From positions 151,696-215,695 of the forward strand of contig CAMKES010000001.1 in assembly GCA_946411635.1 (NCBI GenBank): 64,000 nt of DNA, read 5' to 3'. Of this stretch, positions 61,321 through 64,000 are shown piece by piece. A program made the translations under genes and the position numbers. Each line of letters opens with the position of its first letter. Within the stretch, counting starts at the first letter, position 1. This DNA is from an uncultured Clostridia bacterium (GTDB lineage Bacteria > Bacillota > Clostridia > Christensenellales > CAG-138). Under the pieces are notes generated by a model. The model had not been told where the DNA came from and did not search any database. It saw nothing but the letters and a program-made list of their open reading frames with translations.

Positions 61321-63876
61321 ATGGGACGCCTGCTTCTTGCGATCGACGGAAACAGTCTTCTGTTTCAGGCGTATCATGCGTTTTATAAGGCGAATCTGAC
61401 CACGCGCGACGGCTTTCCGACCGGCGCGCTGAAAGGCTTTTTTACAAAACTCATCGAACTGCTGAAGCTCGAGCCGTCGCACGTCCTCGTTGCGTTCGAC
61501 GTGCATCAGCCCACGTTCCGTCACGAGAAATATCCCGATTACAAGCTCGGACGCAAACCGGCCGATGAGGATCTGAAGAAGCAGATGCCCGTCGTTCGTG
61601 AACTGCTCCGCGAGATGGGCGTCGCCGTGATCGAGTGTCCGCGCTACGAGGGCGACGACATCCTCGGAACGTTCGCGCGCCGCGCGGAAGCGCAGGACCT
61701 GGATACGCTGATTGCGACGGGAGACCGTGATTCGTTCCAGCTGATCACGGACCGCACGAAGATTTATTACACAAAGGACAATTCGATCGTCGATGCGCAG
61801 GCGCTCTTCGACCGGTACGGCCTTGAACCGGACCGCATGCGCGATCTCAAGGCGCTGATGGGCGACAACTCGGATCATATTCCGGGCGTGGAGGGAGTCG
61901 GCGAAAAGACTGCGCTGAAGCTGCTCGCCGAATACGGCGATCTCGACGGCGTGCTTTCCCACGCGTCCGAGGTCAAGGGCAAGCTCGGCGAACGGCTCGT
62001 CTCCGGCGCGGAGAGCGCGCGCTTCTCCTACTGGCTCGGAACGATCGCGACCGACGCGCCGATCCCGGAAACGCTCGACGACTGCTCGTTCTCATTCGAG
62101 CGGACGGGAAACGCAAAGCAGCATCTGTATGCGCTTGAACTGAACAGCATCGCGGATAAGCTTCCCGGCGAACAGACCGCAGAGCAGATCGAAACAGCCG
62201 CGCCCGCAGAGACCGTTGCGGTCACCGACGCCGCCGCCATGCGGAATGCGCTCGAATCGCTGCGCAGCGCCGAAGCGATCGCCGTTACAGTCACGCCTTC
62301 GCTCGCATTTTCCGGTTCGGCGGACCGCGCGTACGTTCTGACGGCCGGCGAAACGCTGTTTGACGCCTGCATGGATGAGGACGAAGCGTACCGCATGCTG
62401 CGCGATTTTCTGGAACGCACGAAAAAACCGGTCCTTGCATTCGACGCAAAGACGTTTTTCCACCGCTGCGGATTCGATCCCGATTCCTTGCCGACGCTCG
62501 CGTTTGACGCGATGCTTTCGGACTATCTTCTGCAGAGCAACCGTCCCATTGAATCGTACGACGCGCTCGTCCGCGCGTGGCTGAACGTCGAGCACGCTTC
62601 GCCCGTGCATCTGTTTGCGCTTCGTCCCAAAATGGATCGCGCGCTCGCGGAAAACGGTCTGACCGCGCTTCTGAACGAAGTGGAGCTTCCGCTGCTCCGC
62701 GTGCTGTACGGCATGGAACGAACGGGATTTCTGACCGATGAACGCGTTCTGAACGATCTGCACGCACGGTTTTCGGCGTCCGCATCCGGACTGGAAGCGC
62801 GCATTTATGAAGCGGCGGGGGAGCGGTTCAATATTCTCTCCCCGAAACAGCTCGGGCATATTCTGTTTGAAAAGCTCGGGCTTCCCTCGGGCAAAAAGAC
62901 GAAGACCGGATTTTCTACGGACGCGGACACGCTCGAAGCGATCGCCGCGCTGCATCCGATCGTCGGCGACGTGCTGCAGTACCGGTTTCTGACCAAGCTG
63001 GACAGCACGTTTGTCGAGGGCATGCTAAAACAGAGAGACGCGGAGGGACGCATCCACACGCGGTTCATGCAGTGCGTTGCCGCTACGGGACGCATCTCAA
63101 GCACCGAGCCGAATTTGCAGAACATCCCGGTCCGCACGCCGGAGGGACGCGAGATCCGCAAGGCGTTCGTTCCCGCGGAGGGGAACGTTCTGATCGGCGC
63201 GGACTATTCGCAGATCGAGCTTCGTCTGCTTGCGCACATCAGCGGCGACGAAGGGTTCATTGCCGCGTTCAACGGCGGAGAGGATATCCACGCGCGTACC
63301 GCCGCGGAGGTATTCCACGTGCCGCTTTCATCCGTGACCGGCGAACAGCGCAGCGCAGCCAAAGCCGTGAACTTCGGCATCGTGTACGGCATCTCCGATT
63401 TCGGTCTTGCGAGGAACCTCGGCATCTCCGTTGCGACCGCGTCCGGTTACATCAAGCGGTATTTCGAACGCTATCCGAAGGTGAAGCAGTACCTGACCGA
63501 CAGCGTTCAGAAGGCGAAAGAGAACGGGTATGCCGAAACGCTGTTCGGCCGCAGGCGCCCGCTTCCGGAACTATCCGCAAGCAATTACAACGTGCGCCAG
63601 TTCGGAGAGCGCGTCGCGATGAACATGCCGATCCAGGGCACCGCGGCCGACGTCATCAAGATGGCGATGGTCCGCGTCGACCGCGCGCTCAAAGAAGGCG
63701 GCTTCCGTGCGAAGCTCGTTCTGCAGGTGCACGACGAACTGATCGTCGACACCCCGCGCGAGGAGGCGGAGCGCGTCATGACGCTGATGCGCGACGCCAT
63801 GGAAAACGTCGCCTCGTTCTCGGTCAGGCTCGTCGCGGAAGCAAAATGCGGAGAAAGCTGGTACGAAACGAAATGA
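61321..63876 (+). CDS. polA: DNA polymerase I
   Basis: 851 aa. 5'-nuclease N-terminus (LLAIDGNSLLFQAYHA...GDRDSFQL), polymerase motifs A (LIGADYSQIELRLLAH), B (RSAAKAVNFGIVYG) and C (LQVHDELI). Confidence 0.97.
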   Translation: MGRLLLAIDGNSLLFQAYHAFYKANLTTRDGFPTGALKGFFTKLIELLKLEPSHVLVAFDVHQPTFRHEKYPDYKLGRKPADEDLKKQMPVVRELLREMGVAVIECPRYEGDDILGTFARRAEAQDLDTLIATGDRDSFQLITDRTKIYYTKDNSIVDAQALFDRYGLEPDRMRDLKALMGDNSDHIPGVEGVGEKTALKLLAEYGDLDGVLSHASEVKGKLGERLVSGAESARFSYWLGTIATDAPIPETLDDCSFSFERTGNAKQHLYALELNSIADKLPGEQTAEQIETAAPAETVAVTDAAAMRNALESLRSAEAIAVTVTPSLAFSGSADRAYVLTAGETLFDACMDEDEAYRMLRDFLERTKKPVLAFDAKTFFHRCGFDPDSLPTLAFDAMLSDYLLQSNRPIESYDALVRAWLNVEHASPVHLFALRPKMDRALAENGLTALLNEVELPLLRVLYGMERTGFLTDERVLNDLHARFSASASGLEARIYEAAGERFNILSPKQLGHILFEKLGLPSGKKTKTGFSTDADTLEAIAALHPIVGDVLQYRFLTKLDSTFVEGMLKQRDAEGRIHTRFMQCVAATGRISSTEPNLQNIPVRTPEGREIRKAFVPAEGNVLIGADYSQIELRLLAHISGDEGFIAAFNGGEDIHARTAAEVFHVPLSSVTGEQRSAAKAVNFGIVYGISDFGLARNLGISVATASGYIKRYFERYPKVKQYLTDSVQKAKENGYAETLFGRRRPLPELSASNYNVRQFGERVAMNMPIQGTAADVIKMAMVRVDRALKEGGFRAKLVLQVHDELIVDTPREEAERVMTLMRDAMENVASFSVRLVAEAKCGESWYETK

Positions 63877-64000
63877 CGAGGATCATCGGCGTGACGGGAG
63901 GCATCGGCTCCGGAAAAAGCCTGCTTGCCGCCTGCTTTAACTGGAAAGGCGTGCCGTCGATCGATGCGGACGAGATCGCCCGCTTTGCGCTGACGCCGGA
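63873..64000 (+). CDS. coaE: Dephospho-CoA kinase (5' partial, runs off the window)
   Basis: ATGA overlap with the polA stop. MTRIIGVTGGIGSGKS P-loop and the canonical polA-coaE adjacency. Confidence 0.8.
   Translation, partial: MTRIIGVTGGIGSGKSLLAACFNWKGVPSIDADEIARFALTP

Overview
Visibly GC-rich chromosomal core region of an endospore-forming Firmicute; the gene content looks like Clostridia or Oscillospiraceae, which is inference. All homology calls were made by eye from the supplied translations, with no database search. Genes are tightly packed and often joined by 1-4 nt start/stop overlaps.

Content, in order:
- A V-type ATPase block (E-C-F-A-B-D), followed by a QueG-like Fe-S protein.
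- A long Bacillus-type SRP RNA.
- dapL and a tmk-like gene.
- The sporulation cluster spoIIE-spoIIGA-sigE, with sigG on the opposite strand.
- A tRNA-Thr/tRNA-Pro pair.
- A GNAT/nucleotidyltransferase/GNAT trio.
- mntP plus two phosphodiester-glycosidase paralogs.
- A U32 peptidase.
- The spoIIIAA-AH operon.
- A block syntenic with B. subtilis: asp23-amaP-nusB-...-xseAB-ispA-dxs-tlyA-nadK-argR-recN-spoIVB-spo0A.
- Nucleoside salvage genes (deoB, punA, pdp).
- cysS, folT-folC, a P60 cell-wall hydrolase, an ABC-F ATPase, polA, and the start of coaE.

I see no transposase, integrase, prophage, CRISPR array or recognisable defence island.

The most unusual signal is a rewiring of sporulation regulators:
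1. The spo0A-locus gene encodes a degenerate receiver plus two tandem Spo0A effector domains, with a duplicated SD/ATG inside the ORF.
2. spoIIE, spoIIGA and sigE are fused into one translationally coupled unit.
3. sigG is inverted, so sigE and sigG converge with overlapping stop codons and no visible terminator.
4. SpoIIIAF is reduced to its membrane hairpin.

Secondary oddities:
- A terminator-flanked AT-rich island with a 36-codon ORF.
- Candidate leaderless mRNAs.
- An E2-like acyltransferase lacking the catalytic His.
- A decayed glycerate-kinase-like protein.
- A tRNA-Thr with C55 in its T-loop.

The many long ORFs antisense to real genes are treated as GC-driven artefacts.
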